A stretch of DNA of 64,000 nucleotides from positions 2,790,001 through 2,854,000 of the forward strand of contig OZ024754.1 of assembly GCA_964016885.1 (NCBI GenBank), read 5' to 3'. How positions within the stretch are numbered: the stretch's first letter is position 1; each line of letters begins with the position of its first letter. Source of the DNA: Eledone cirrhosa. Its lineage: Eukaryota. Below the pieces are notes generated by a model. That model did no database searches. It had not been told where the DNA came from and saw only the letters and a program-made list of their open reading frames with translations. The translations under genes were made by a program, and so were the position numbers. This document shows, in pieces, positions 28,005 through 41,335 of the stretch.

Positions 28005-28017
28005 ATAAATACGCATA

Positions 28018-28050
<33 letters not shown>

Positions 28051-28060
28051 AATACGCATA

Positions 28061-28113
<53 letters not shown>

Positions 28114-28331
28114 TACATATATGTGTCAATGTACATGTGTCTGTGTGTGTGTGTGTGTGTGTACATGTGTGCGTCTGTGTGTATGTGTGTACATGTGTGT
28201 ACATGTGTGTGTGTTGCTGTTGTTTACCAACTAATTGATAAAAAGTTCTTGTATTTTTGGTTCTTCGACTATTATTATTTTTTTTCTTCTTTTCTGTTCA
28301 GTATTTATTATATGCTACATAAACAATAACA

Positions 28332-28448
<117 letters not shown>

Positions 28449-28464
28449 TTGTGTGTGTGTGTTT

Positions 28465-28515
<51 letters not shown>

Positions 28516-28611
28516 TGAGCCTGTCTTCATATTAGTATGTGTGTATATATATGTGCGTGTGTGTGTGTGTGTGTATATATATATACGTATATATATACGT
28601 ATATATATACG

Positions 28612-28673
<62 letters not shown>

Positions 28674-28762
28674 AAGAGAAGCGAGAGAAATATATTGATA
28701 CATAGATATGTAAGTATACATAAGTAAATATAATTGTATATATATATATATATACACACACA

Positions 28763-28810
<48 letters not shown>

Positions 28811-29085
28811 AAGATGGAGTATTTTTAGGCAATACTTTTCTGTCAGATGTATAAAGCCATCATGTAAAGTTTTGACGACACTTTGGCTAGCATAGAAAAC
28901 CTCTTTAATGGCGTAGAACTTGTACAATATAACTGCTGTGTTATTTTCATATATAAGCTTTTAATAACTTAAAAACGTACAAGGCTATGTTTTCTACTGG
29001 AGAAGACACCGCACTACTCCACTCACAACACACCACCCATCATCAGTGCATGCTGTTTCATACACTTTCTCTTAAGATCTATATG

Positions 29086-29183
<98 letters not shown>

Positions 29184-29202
29184 TGTGTGTGTGTCTGTGT
29201 GT

Positions 29203-29250
<48 letters not shown>

Positions 29251-29262
29251 ATATATATTTGG

Positions 29263-29357
<95 letters not shown>

Positions 29358-29362
29358 GATAT

Positions 29363-29407
<45 letters not shown>

Positions 29408-29552
29408 TATGTGTGTATATATATATATGTTCATAATTGCATATTTGCACATTTATCTATACCCCTTGTTTTTCTTACTCTGTATGTAAAATGAACACGG
29501 AAAAGTTTCTCATTCACTTTATAAACATATATATATATATATATATATATAC

Positions 29553-29616
<64 letters not shown>

Positions 29617-29794
29617 GTGTGTGTGTCTGTGTGTCTGTGTGTGTACTTCTCTGTGTGTGTATGTAAGAATATGTATAATCTATCTACATATATATGTTTA
29701 TACATAAAGATTCACACACACATATATATATATACATATATATGGATATATATATATATACGTAAGTCTACAATTATGTAAATAAATATATGTT

Positions 29795-29828
<34 letters not shown>

Positions 29829-30247
29829 CGCGCGCGCGTGTGTGTGCGTGCCTGTGTGTGTGTGCGCGCGCGTACGAGCATGTAATATATAAAAGTTTGG
29901 ATATAAGTTTGGATAGTTAGAAGAATTGATATGTACAAATATATATACAAACATATATACCCAAACACATATGCGGGTTGGTGTTTTAATAGATATAAAA
30001 TAGATATAAACATGAATCTTTATGAATCTTTTATTGAATAACTATATGTATTGTACACATTAACTCACATTTTCTAGGAAAATACATAAACCAGAAAATA
30101 ACTATATAGTTTTAGCACTTTATAAAGTAGCTAGCTGTTTGTGTAAAACCTAGGGAAAAAATGGAGTTAATCCTAAGTTAGAATCACAAACTTACACAGA
30201 TAACCATTTAAAAACTTCACTGTATGCATTACTTCTTTATATTTTAG

Positions 30248-30294
<47 letters not shown>

Positions 30295-30508
30295 GTAAAA
30301 TGTATTGAAGATTTGGAAGAAAAAATGGCAAGGAGAAATGATAATTCTACGTGGTCCGTGTGTGGCTGTGTGTGTGTGTTTGTGTATGTATATGTGTGTC
30401 TGTCTCTGTTTATGTATTTGTGTCTGTATGTATGTGTGTATGTATGTATGTGTGTGTATATGTGTGGGTTTGTGTCTGTATGTATGTGTGTGTATGTATG
30501 TGTATATA

Positions 30509-30541
<33 letters not shown>

Positions 30542-31330
30542 GTGTGTGTGTGTGCATGTATGTGTGTATATATGTGTGTGCATGTATGTGTGTATATATG
30601 TGTGCATGTATGTGTGTATATATATGTGTGTGTGTGTGTATATATATGTGTGTGTGTGTGTGTGTGTGCATGTATGTGTGTATATATGTGTGTGCATGTA
30701 TGTGTGTATATGTGTGTGTGTGTGTGCATGTATGTGTGTATATGTGTGTGTGTGTATTTTCTTTTGTCAATTAATCTTGTCCATAAATATGAGAACGAAT
30801 TTTGTTTGTTTCTCGTTTTTTAAATATATATCAACTTTTCAAATAATTTCAACGAAGCTAACAAGTATAATGAAGCATCTTTTGATACAGACGAAGGACC
30901 GACCCCCTGTGCTGGGCTGGTAAAAAAAGGGGTGGGAGCGGTAGACCACCTTCGGTCACGAATGATCATTGGATTTGCTCAACCAAAGCCCGGTCCAAGA
31001 ATCGAACTCACAACCTCACGATTGTAAGCTCATCTCCACTGAAAGTTTTCATGAAATAGTCTTTTAAGACTATACAGAGCATTTGATGTTATTCCAAATT
31101 GAAGGATAAGTGTTTCAAACTTTATTTTATCATGAGTTAAAGGTCTATAGATTTTTCCATGGATTTTACTAAATTCTGTGGATGAATTTATATCCTGATT
31201 CTCTTTTGAGATGAGTTTGAGTTATTTTTCCTAAATCTTTCGTTAACTACTTTTCCCATCTTGACGTTATAGTCGCATATATGTTATAGAATGCCGTTAG
31301 CTTCTTGCTAAAACAATCTCTATACCTCTC

Positions 31331-31365
<35 letters not shown>

Positions 31366-31432
31366 CAAATAACGAAACGAAATTAAATTTCGTTTCGTTT
31401 GTAACTCACTTTTGTATGACTGACGCTTAAAC

Positions 31433-31858
31433 AATTAAGTTAAAGATGTACATCCATATATGTATACTGAAATACTAGTATGTATATGAATACACACACG
31501 TATACATATGTAGGTGTACCAAGTTTTTTCACTGGTCACTTTACTGTGAGTGGCCAGCTATTCTGTATGTAAACACACAGACAAACCGGTTTTTAGAGTC
31601 ATACTGGTTTTTGAGGAAACACCTCTCCTCTATTCTCCTTGTCTGGCTTTCTGGAGAATAGAGGAGAGGTGTTTCCTCAAAAACCAGTATGACTCTAAAA
31701 ACCGGTTTGTCTGTGTGTTTACATACAGAATAGCTGGCCACTCACAGTAAAGTGACCAGTGAAAAAACTTGGTACACCTACATATGTATACGTGTGTGTA
31801 TTCATATACATACTAGTATTTCAGTATACATATATGGATGTACATCTTTAACTTAATT
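31433..31858. repeat. Long inverted repeat: 206-bp arms, 14-nt loop
   Basis: Arms 31433-31638 and 31653-31858 show no mismatch by eye; the mirrored ORFs 31541-31741(-) and 31550-31750(+) agree. Confidence 0.95.
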
Positions 31859-31935
31859 ATATATATATATATATATATATATTGCTATACTGCGGCTACA
31901 ACCTCCATTTATACACATTATTGTACCCATTGTGT

Positions 31936-32117
31936 ATTGGCAGTATCGGGAAAGGGTCGGACACTATGCTTTCCAACATAGTTATGTCCCTTTACGGTCT
32001 GAGTTCAAATCCCGTCGAGGTTAACTTTTGCCTTTCATCCTTACGGGGTCGATAAAATAAAGTACCAGTAATACACTGGGTAGTTGGTGGCCTTGTGCCA
32101 GAAGTAGAAACAATTAT
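31936..32117 (+). mobile_element. SINE family 1, near full length
   Basis: ttggcagtatcgg..gtcggac..gagttcaaatccc..gtcgataaaataaagtaccag..agtagaaacaatt. Confidence 0.85.
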
Positions 32118-32274
32118 ATGAAGCAATTTAACCATGTACATGACATCCCAAATCTTTGACCACTCCCCGTGACAGACAAGAAAAACAATGTTTTGACTGC
32201 ATTCCCATATATGGACTGTACCCCTTGATAAGTTCAGCTACATTTCCGCCGTTCTAATACTGCTGGTTGAGTTT

Positions 32275-32330
32275 GGATCTAGCTGTCTAAACGGCCGGAG
32301 CTCAGCCGTCGGGGTCTTGACTCTTTTCCT
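32275..32330 (+). mobile_element. Family G half-HHR fragment
   Basis: ggatctagctgtctaaacggccggagctcagccgtcggggtc. Confidence 0.75.
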
Positions 32331-32364
32331 ATATATATTTATATAACAAATTTAATATAGAAAT

Positions 32365-32416
32365 GGCTTCTACAGGACCAGAACTGTTTCATTGGAAGGA
32401 ACTCATCAGGAAAGCC
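32365..32416 (-). ncRNA. Type I HHR family A copy
   Basis: GGCTTTC-CTGATGA-gttccttccaat-GAAA-cag-ttctggtc-ctg-TA-GAAGCC; weak stem II. Confidence 0.7.
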
Positions 32417-33039
32417 AACTGTCAGTGTACTACGGTGGTATTTGTAAGTTTTCTGGTGGTTGGGGAAGGTGATGATAATTACATATATCTATTACCATAT
32501 ACAGATGTAATAGAAAAAAACCTGTGTAGTATTTAATTTGTTAAATTTCAGTATTTCTCTGTCTATGTTGTACAAACACTAATGTCGTATTTTCTTTCAT
32601 CTTGCTGTTATAACGTCGTCCATTATCGTTGGCTTATTATCAAAAGAACGGTCTTTCTCAACAAGTCACTAAACCTTAATGTTTTCATTCTATATCAAAC
32701 GTTAAAACTATATTTGATTAAATTCTGTTGACTTTTTCTTGATCTGCAATAAACTTTTGTATATTTTTTTTAATTCTAATCTAATTATTTTTAATTTCTT
32801 TTTTATTCTGTTATAATTATTTTTCATTTTTTTTTTTTTTTTTTTTTCTATGATCAGTGTATTTGTCGCACCTGTCCAACAGAACTTTGCAGGTGTGAAA
32901 AGAAAGAAATATATTTCTATTCTTACACAGGTATTGTAAATACCAGGAACTCGATGGAGTCTTGTTGTTTCTGGGATCGTGTTTTCTTTGTTTCTGTTTC
33001 TGTCTGTGAACTGATGTATATATTTATATATATAGGACC

Positions 33040-33094
<55 letters not shown>

Positions 33095-33500
33095 ACCGCG
33101 TATATATATATACACACACACATACATCTATAACATATATACATATATAAATACATACACGGTCTTATATGTATGTGCATATATATATACACAGTCTCAC
33201 GGGCGCTAGTATTTCTGTGTCAATATCTGTGTTTGTCTCTGAGTGTCTCTGCCTGCCTGTGTGTATGTGTGTATCTGCCTGTGTGTGTGTGTGTGTGTTT
33301 GGCTCTGTGTGTGTGTGTCAGTGTGTGTCCTATGTGTGTGGTCATTAAATATGGTATTGTCTTTATTTCAATAGGACACAGGATTTATCAGACCGAGTTC
33401 GAAATGTCAAAATATATATATGATCATATATTGGTTTTTAATAATTGATATTTTACATAGGGGGCCTAGGATTTATTAATTCATTTCCTGGCTTGTTTCT

Positions 33501-33618
<118 letters not shown>

Positions 33619-33815
33619 ATACTCATGTATATATACATATATTTATTATAGAATAAAATGTTTTCCAAATACACACACGCATATATTTATATATCACGTC
33701 CTTCTAAGCGTGATACTAATGAGAATTTGTGTTGTTTTTACATTAGTTTGTCTTGTCATTTCTTGAACAATATATAAATAAATATGTATATATATATATT
33801 ATATATATATATATA

Positions 33816-33898
33816 TACAATGATATTAAATAAATGGAAACTATATTTATAAAACCATATTTATTCTATTATATATATTTCAAGGGTACCAAAACTTT
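33816..33898 (-). mobile_element. Family D element truncated inside HHR stem II
   Basis: Near identical to 2066-2150 but stops before the CTGATGA half; (TA)n on both sides. Confidence 0.8.
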
Positions 33899-33901
33899 TG
33901 C

Positions 33902-33933
<32 letters not shown>

Positions 33934-34269
33934 GCGTAAATGTGTATTATTTATTTATATATATATATTAGAAGAGATGATGTATTATTAATATTAAAAA
34001 ATTGTTCGTTGACATATTAGGAGGGGGGTGAAGATAAAAAACAGTCCTCTGCCATTTACATTAAAAAATGGTAAACGGAATAAATTATGGAAATTAATAA
34101 TGATTTCTTTTAACTGGGAACTTAAAGCTTTCATATTTGCCAGGAATAATTCCTTATAACTGAACAGTTTTAATATCTATTATATATGTAATTTGATATC
34201 TATTATACGATATGTAGTTTGATATGATATATATTATATATGTAGTTTGATATCTATTATATATGTAAT

Positions 34270-34885
34270 TTTGTCCTTGTATTATCTCAAATGTCCTGAG
34301 CCCTTGTGGCCAATAAAGGAATCGATTTCTGAGTTCAAATCCCGCCGAAGTTAGCTTTGCATTTCATCCTTGCGGCGGGTCGATAAAATAAAGTACCAGT
34401 CACGCACTGGGGACGATTTAATCAACTTTCCCCTTCCCCCAAATTTCTGGTCGTGTGCCTATATAAGAAACCATTCTTATCATCCCCCTCATTATCACCA
34501 TTACAGTAATAATTGTTTCTACTTTTGGCACAAGGCCAGCAATTATCCCAGTGTATGACTGGTACTTTATTTTATCGACCCCGTAAGGATGAAAGGCTAA
34601 GTTAACATCGGCGGGATTTGAACTCAGAACGTAAATGGCAAGAACTCTATGCTGCAAAGCATGTCCTCCGACCCTCTACGTATACCACCAATCCATAATG
34701 ATCATAATTTTAATTGTTTCTACTTTTGGCACAAGGGCAGCAATTATCCCAGTGTATGACTGGTACTTTATTTTATCGACCCCGTAAGGGTGAAAGGCGG
34801 GATTTGAACTCAGACCATAAAGGGCCGTGACTCTTTGCTGCAAAGCATGGCGTCCGACCCTCTACCGATGCTGCCAATCCATAAT
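34270..34885. mobile_element. LINE-tail/SINE fusion (+) followed by two reverse SINE family 1 copies
   Basis: cccttgtggccaataaaggaat, then SINE 34327-34478(+), and SINEs 34509-34700(-) and 34711-34885(-). Confidence 0.8.
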
Positions 34886-34966
34886 GATGATAATTTTAAT
34901 ACAATTACCCTAGTAGTCATTCACCTCTATCAGTAATTGTCCTGTTACACACTTCACTAAACATAT

Positions 34967-35009
34967 CTAACCCTAACCCTAATCCTAACCCTAACCCTAA
35001 CCCTAACCC
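34967..35009 (-). repeat. Interstitial telomeric-type (TTAGGG)n, about 7 units
   Basis: ctaaccctaaccctaatcctaaccctaaccctaaccctaaccc. Confidence 0.85.
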
Positions 35010-35313
35010 CGTTCTAAACACAGACATGTATCAGAGTATAGAACAAAAAAATCAGACAAAAAAAAACCACAGCAGAAATATAATAACAACTTCGCCCCAA
35101 CATGGGAAGTTATTGTTTGACATTATGACGTCATTTAATCCGAGACAATTGTCCCCTTTGTAGATACTACAATAGAATTATAATAGAAACCAGAATGATG
35201 TCATCTTTATCAACCTTTTGTCACATATAATATGATGTAGCCATGTATAAAGGCGCGTGGCTTAGTGGTTAGAGAATTGGATTCGCCACGTTCCGTTCCA
35301 AACACTTCCTTTG

Positions 35314-35360
<47 letters not shown>

Positions 35361-35376
35361 ATGTATATATATATAT

Positions 35377-35577
35377 AACGAAGGAAATGTGGTAAGGAAC
35401 CAGGTGGACCATAACGCACTAAAGTACTCAATACTTAGGGCAGTAGAGTGGGTAATAGGAACCAGTAAGACCCCGAGGGCTGAGCTCAAGCCGTTTCGAC
35501 GGCTAATTCTGGACTAAATTTAGTCCAGAATTAGCCGTCGAAACGGCTTGAGCTCAGCCGTCGGGGTCTTACTGGTT

Positions 35578-35582
<5 letters not shown>
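35377..35582. mobile_element. Family G element with a loopless 128-bp palindrome
   Basis: Inverted repeat 35455-35582 centred on taaa|ttta, one mismatch seen. Confidence 0.9.
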
Positions 35583-35626
<44 letters not shown>

Positions 35627-35631
35627 GTGTG

Positions 35632-35674
<43 letters not shown>

Positions 35675-35735
35675 GTGTATGTATATATATGTGTATATAT
35701 ATATATATATATACATATGTATATATATATATATT

Positions 35736-35835
35736 CAGGGTGTCCCCAAAAAATGTATACACACTTCAACACCATTCTAATAAATATAGCCTGTACATGT
35801 AATAAAAGTATGTATACATTTTGGGACACACCCTG
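35736..35835. mobile_element. Complete ~100-bp Tc1/mariner-type MITE
   Basis: TIRs cagggtgtccccaaaaaatgtatac / gtatacattttgggacacaccctg, followed by TA. Confidence 0.8.
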
Positions 35836-35839
35836 TATG

Positions 35840-35887
<48 letters not shown>

Positions 35888-35899
35888 GTGTGTATGTAG

Positions 35900-36151
35900 A
35901 TCAGTATAGAACCAGTTTGAAACTAGTTAGACCATTACTCAACAGGGTACTCAATACTTGGCGTAGTAGAGTATGGTTATATTATAAAGAGTTGGAACCC
36001 GACGGCTGAGCTCTTGCCATTTAGACTGTTAGAACCAGACTGGAACTATCTATTGAAACCGCAAGACGTTAGTCGTCGGGCCCCCAAAAATTGCCCCCAA
36101 AAATTCATTACAATGCTGTTGAAGTATGTATACATTTTTTTGAGCACCCTG
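35900..36151. mobile_element. Old diverged family G foldback plus reverse MITE fragment (36112-36151)
   Basis: gtactcaatacttgg..gtagtagagt tail; cccgacggctgagctc...gtcgtcggg; gtatacattttttgagcaccctg. Confidence 0.6.
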
Positions 36152-36155
36152 AATG

Positions 36156-36245
<90 letters not shown>

Positions 36246-36260
36246 CACATATATATATAT

Positions 36261-36303
<43 letters not shown>

Positions 36304-36312
36304 TATATACAC

Positions 36313-36365
<53 letters not shown>

Positions 36366-36527
36366 CATATATATATACACATATTTATATATATACATAT
36401 ATATATATATATATACATATATATCTTTTGGGTGGGAATGTTACCTTACAATTAATCCTAATCCGTGTGCTCCAAATGGATTTGTCGAGAAAATTGTAAG
36501 CAACGATATCGATCTAAACCCTTATTT

Positions 36528-36619
<92 letters not shown>

Positions 36620-36644
36620 CGGGCACATATAAACGCGTAAATAT

Positions 36645-36760
36645 ATTGTTTCTACTTTTGGCACAAGTGCATTACTGGTACTTTATTTTAGGCAAAGTCA
36701 ACCTCGGCGGGATTTGACCTCAGATCGTTAAGGGACGTAACTATGCTGGAAAGCATGGCG
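36645..36760 (-). mobile_element. SINE family 1, internally deleted
   Basis: ttgtttctacttttggcacaag..ggcaaagtcaacctcggcgggatttga. Confidence 0.75.
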
Positions 36761-36779
36761 TTAGTATATAGACAGATTT

Positions 36780-36830
<51 letters not shown>

Positions 36831-36950
36831 ATAATAATAAATGTGAAGACTAAAATCCGAAGAGGGCTCGACAAGGATAATATATATATATATATATATA
36901 TAAAAATATATTTTTAAAAAACCATAGAGCAAATATTTATCAAAATAAAA

Positions 36951-37010
36951 TTTCAGAAGATCCCGTTAAGTTTGAAAGCACCGATTCTTTGCTTAAACTT
37001 TAATCTGTTA

Positions 37011-37017
<7 letters not shown>
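36951..37017 (+). ncRNA. Family F HHR-like (CAGAAGA core), damaged copy
   Basis: Homologous to 56816-56883; stem II partly broken. Confidence 0.45.
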
Positions 37018-37064
<47 letters not shown>

Positions 37065-37110
37065 AATATATATATATATATACACACATATATATATATA
37101 TACATATATA

Positions 37111-37149
<39 letters not shown>

Positions 37150-37743
37150 TATGTGTATATATATATATTTGTGTGCGTGTATATTTATATATTTGTGTGT
37201 GTGTACATATATATATATATATATTTGTGTGTGTGTACATATATATATATATTTGTGTGTGTGTGTGTATATATGTTTATTTGTGTGTTGTGTGTGTGTT
37301 TTTTTTTGTTTAATTTGTGTAACATTGGTTACTAAGGACGACATATATACCTAGATACATACTTTTGATTCCGGTATATATATATAGCTGGGATTCTAAA
37401 GATATTATTGTTCTATGGAAGTCGTTTATAACCCTTGCCGTCCCTATGTGTAAACATGCTCAGATTTTCGTTTTGATTTTCATCAAATATTTTCAATGTA
37501 AATCTCAGATTTTAATCCGGAGATTTATATATATTTGACACCAGCTATAAAAACCTTTGTTGGTATCATGTTTCATTTAATTACATATCTATATATGTGT
37601 AGGAGGGTGTTTCTATGTGTGTGGGTGTGTGGGTGTGTATACGGGTGAGTACATGTGCGTGCAGGTGTGTACGTATTTTTTGTCAATGCATGTATACATA
37701 TATATACATTGTGTGTGTATATATATGTGTGTGTGCATGTGTA

Positions 37744-37799
<56 letters not shown>

Positions 37800-38060
37800 T
37801 TTGTGCCTAGATTAATCTTTATTTTAAGAGAAAAGGAGTTCGAACTACCTAATACTTTTTCTTTTCTTGTTAGCATGTTTAGTATGGTTGGGTTGCGCAT
37901 GATTTGGTCTGTACTTAATGTTGTCCTTAAAACCACTTTCTATAAGGGCCTGATTGTAATAAGGTGCAGCCTTATCGAAAATCTCCCTAGTTTCTGATAG
38001 ATTTGAGATCCTACGACTAATATTAGAAACTAAGTTTTTAAAAACAGGAGAGGATGGCAT
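37800..38060 (-). pseudogene. Penelope-like retroelement RT thumb/linker relic
   Basis: PVFKNLVSNISRRISNLSETREIFDKAAPYYNQALIESGFKDNIKY...KRKSIR*F, then frameshifted FSLKIKINLG. This matches the recalled PLE pattern (I..RLS..S....F..A.P.Y..AL..SG; RKIIWFNPPFS..V.TN.G). Abuts (TA)n. Confidence 0.75.
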
Positions 38061-39062
38061 GAGGCTTTTTTTTTCTCAAAATGTCCTTGTAAGGAGGACG
38101 TCTTATACGAAGGGGCGTCCAATAGGCCAGCAAATACAGTATATATAAATTTACACTGAATTGTATCATACAACACAGTAGACTATAGAACATACTGTGG
38201 AGCACCAAAACTTTAGTATAAACCACTAGTCGTCTACATTTACCTTGGTGTACATCATGTAATGTACAACCTATATTTTTATATCATTTCCTTTCCTTCT
38301 GATTGGTCCGTTTACACGCTCCAATTCACTATAAACGGCCCCACAGAATGTTCCATCTAATAAGGCGAGGTATTTGCCAGGGTGTATGTTTCTGTGTGTG
38401 GTGTGTGTTTCTGTATGTGTGTGTGTATTTGTGGTGTGTGTGTGTGTGGTATGTGTGTATGCCTATGTGTGGTGTGTGTCTCTGTGGGTGTCTATGTGTG
38501 TCTTGTGTGGTGTGTGTGTCTGTGTGTGTGTGTGTGTGCCAGTGTGTGGTGTGTGTGTGTGTATGTCTATGTGTATGTGTGTGTGTGTGTGTGTGACGAC
38601 TGTGCCCACAAGAAACGTGAACGGAGCAAAAGAGTTATAAACACTCTAAAGATATGTTAATTGGTACACGTACTGCCCAACACGTACATACATGCATATA
38701 TGTCTGTATATGCACACACACACACACACACCACACACACCCACACACACACACACACATACACACACACACACACATATTCAAAGATATATTTCTCAGA
38801 TGTCATTTTTATGGTCGTCACCAAATCTCGATTATAACTTATGCTGGATGATAAAGTAATTTTTCATAATAGTTTCCTTTTGACAGGTAAAAGTCGTTTT
38901 CTGAAAGAAATCAGATTATCACAGCGGATGTCCCCTCTCCTCGTGTTAACATTTCACAGGTGTTACTTTTCTCATACAAATAACCAGCTAACTAGTCAGG
39001 CGTTTTCACTGACAACACTTCACTGACGCTTCTACGCACATTTCATTGCATGTATATAAATA

Positions 39063-39273
39063 TATAGGAAAAAGTATGACCCCGACGGCAGAGCTCAAGC
39101 CGTTTCGACGGCTATTTCTGAACTAAATTGAATTTAGTCCAGAAATAGCCGTCAAAACGGCTTGTGCTCTGCCGTCGGGGTCATACTTTTTCCTATTTCC
39201 CACTCTACTACCCCAAGTATTGAGTACTCTGGTGCGTTATGGTCCATCTGGTTCCTTACCACAATTCCTTTGC
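39063..39273. mobile_element. Family G foldback element with tail
   Basis: Inverted repeat ~39064-39196, then tail to (TA)n. Confidence 0.88.
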
Positions 39274-39329
39274 TATATATATATATATATACATATATAA
39301 GATCAAAAGATGGTTAAAAGAGTTCCAAG

Positions 39330-39400
39330 TATTTTATTATGTGCATTTCAAAAACAAATATCATCATGGGATGATATCTGCGTTCTCATCAGATAAAATA
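39330..39400 (-). ncRNA. Type I hammerhead ribozyme (family D-related stem I, long stem II)
   Basis: TATTTTAT-CTGATGA-gaacgcagatatcatc-ccat-gatgatatttgttttt-GAAA-TGCACA-TA^-ATAAAATA; 8-bp stem I, 15 of 16 positions paired in stem II. Confidence 0.85.
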
Positions 39401-39603
39401 GGGAGACATGATATGAAGCTTAAAAAACACCTGTGAATAGTGAAGTTTTAGATCAACATATCATTACATTGCTTTATTGTGCTACAATAAAACTCACCTC
39501 CTATATATATATATATATAAGTTATTCCGGGTTGAATCGGAGGTAACCACAATAAGTAAGGTACTCAATACATAGCAAAGTATAAAAGTTTTAATATAGA
39601 AGA

Positions 39604-39652
39604 GCTTCTACAGGACTAGAACTGTTTCATTCGGGAGAAATCATCAGGAAGC
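39604..39652 (-). ncRNA. Type I hammerhead ribozyme (family A, intact) in foldback element 39521-39712
   Basis: GCTTC-CTGATGA-tttc-tccc-gaat-GAAA-CAG-ttctagtc-CTG-TA^-GAAGC; inverted partial copy 39655-39698(+). Confidence 0.85.
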
Positions 39653-40126
39653 AATGATGATTTCTCACGAATGAAACAGTTCTAGTCCTGTAGAAGCTCT
39701 TCTATATTAAAATATATATATCTTTCTCTCTGACTTACCCTGACTCTCTGCCTCTCTCTCACTCTCACTCACACTCTCTTTCTGTCTATCTGACTGATTC
39801 TCTCTAATTCTGACTCTCACTCACTCTGACTCTCTCTTTCTTTCTCTCTGACTCTCTCTCTCTCTTTCTCACTCTCTCTCACTCACTCTGAGTCTCTCTT
39901 TCTTTCTCTCTGACTCTCTCTCTCTCTCTCTTTCTCACTCAATCTCTCGATCTCTCTCCATTTGCCCTCTCTATCACTTTCTTTGTTTCTCTTTCTACTT
40001 TTCTCTCTCCATCTCTATTTCTCTCTATGTCTATCTGATTCATACCCTTCCTCTCTCTCTCTCTTTCTCCCTCTCTCGCCCCCCCCCCTACTCCCCCCTC
40101 TCTCTCTGGTATTTCATTCCTCTACT

Positions 40127-40275
40127 CAGGTATGGCTGTGTGGTTAAGAATGTCGCTTCACAACCACATAGTTCTGAGTTCAATCTCACATCGCCGTATC
40201 TTCGGCAAATCTCTTCTACGACAGCATCAGGTTGACCAATGGCTTTTGGTAGACGGAAACAGCAGAAGCCCGTCA
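40127..40275 (+). mobile_element. tRNA-derived SINE family 3
   Basis: A-box tggctgtgtggtt, B-box-like gagttcaatctc, 3' ggtagacggaaac..gaagcccgtc, then a (TA)/(TG) tail. Confidence 0.7.
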
Positions 40276-40285
40276 TATATATATA

Positions 40286-40345
<60 letters not shown>

Positions 40346-40619
40346 GGTAACGCAGCCATCCGGCATGTAAGTAAAGTATATATGTGTGAGTATGTATGTA
40401 TATATAGTCTACATGATACATGGAACTCTTTTTTGTATATCTTAAGATAATTGAGTTATCTAATCAGAACATTTACATGCACACACAAATACTCACACAC
40501 ACAAACACACACACACGCATATATATATATATATATATATATAGTGATTGTTGTTTAAACTGTCTTATCAGTTAACCTTTGGCGAGTGTTTGTATGTGAA
40601 TACACGAGTTTCATTATAT

Positions 40620-40676
<57 letters not shown>

Positions 40677-40690
40677 CCGTATATACATAA

Positions 40691-40737
40691 AGGGTGTTAC
40701 AAAGAAGGATAAACAATCAGCAAGGTGAAATATACGG

Positions 40738-40780
<43 letters not shown>

Positions 40781-40823
40781 ACATTTCACCTTAGTGTTTG
40801 TTTACCGTTCTTTGTAACACTCT
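40691..40823. repeat. Diverged foldback around (TA)n
   Basis: gggtgttacaaagaaggataaacaatcagcaaggtgaaat versus atttcaccttagtgtttgtttaccgttctttgtaacactc. Confidence 0.75.
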
Positions 40824-41046
40824 GAAAATAATAGAAGCTATTGAATGGTTTTACTTGAACAAAATAGAAATAGTTTTGTAGATAGGTTAGATGGGTGTGT
40901 TGTAGCAATTGGGACTATTGGCCGATACTTAGGATTAAATCGTATTCAGAATATTATTGGTAGATAATTTCACTGACTCTCGTAAGGAGGGGAGGCATCC
41001 AGGCTGATTCCTACCAGGTTGTGGCGCCGATGTCAACGATGACAAA

Positions 41047-41335
41047 ATAATTGTTTCTATTTTGGGCACAAGGCCAGCAATTATCCCACTGTATTACTGG
41101 TACTTTATTTTATCGACCCTTCTATCGATACTGCCAATTCAATAACAATTGTTTCTACTTTTGGCCCAAGGCCAGCAATGATCGGAGTGTATTACTGGTA
41201 CTTTATTTTATCGACCCCTGTAAAGATGAAAGGCAAAGTTAACCTCGGCGGGATTTGAACTCAGAACATAAAGAGCCGTAACTCTATGCTGCAAAGCATG
41301 GCGTCCGACCCTCTACCGATACTGCCAATCCACAG
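41047..41335 (-). mobile_element. SINE family 1: partial plus full copy
   Basis: Reverse core and tail twice, head once complete. Confidence 0.85.

Noticed and set aside
28810-28960. Minus-strand VILYKFYAIKEVFYASQS as a GIY-YIG relic
   Set aside because: Catalytic YIG/R/E residues are not recognisable; similarity is too weak by eye.
31541-31750. Twin 66-aa ORFs on opposite strands
   Set aside because: A consequence of the inverted repeat, not evidence of coding.
31936-32020. SINE heads as genuine tRNA genes
   Set aside because: A B-box is present but no cloverleaf was found, and the heads are always attached to the SINE core.
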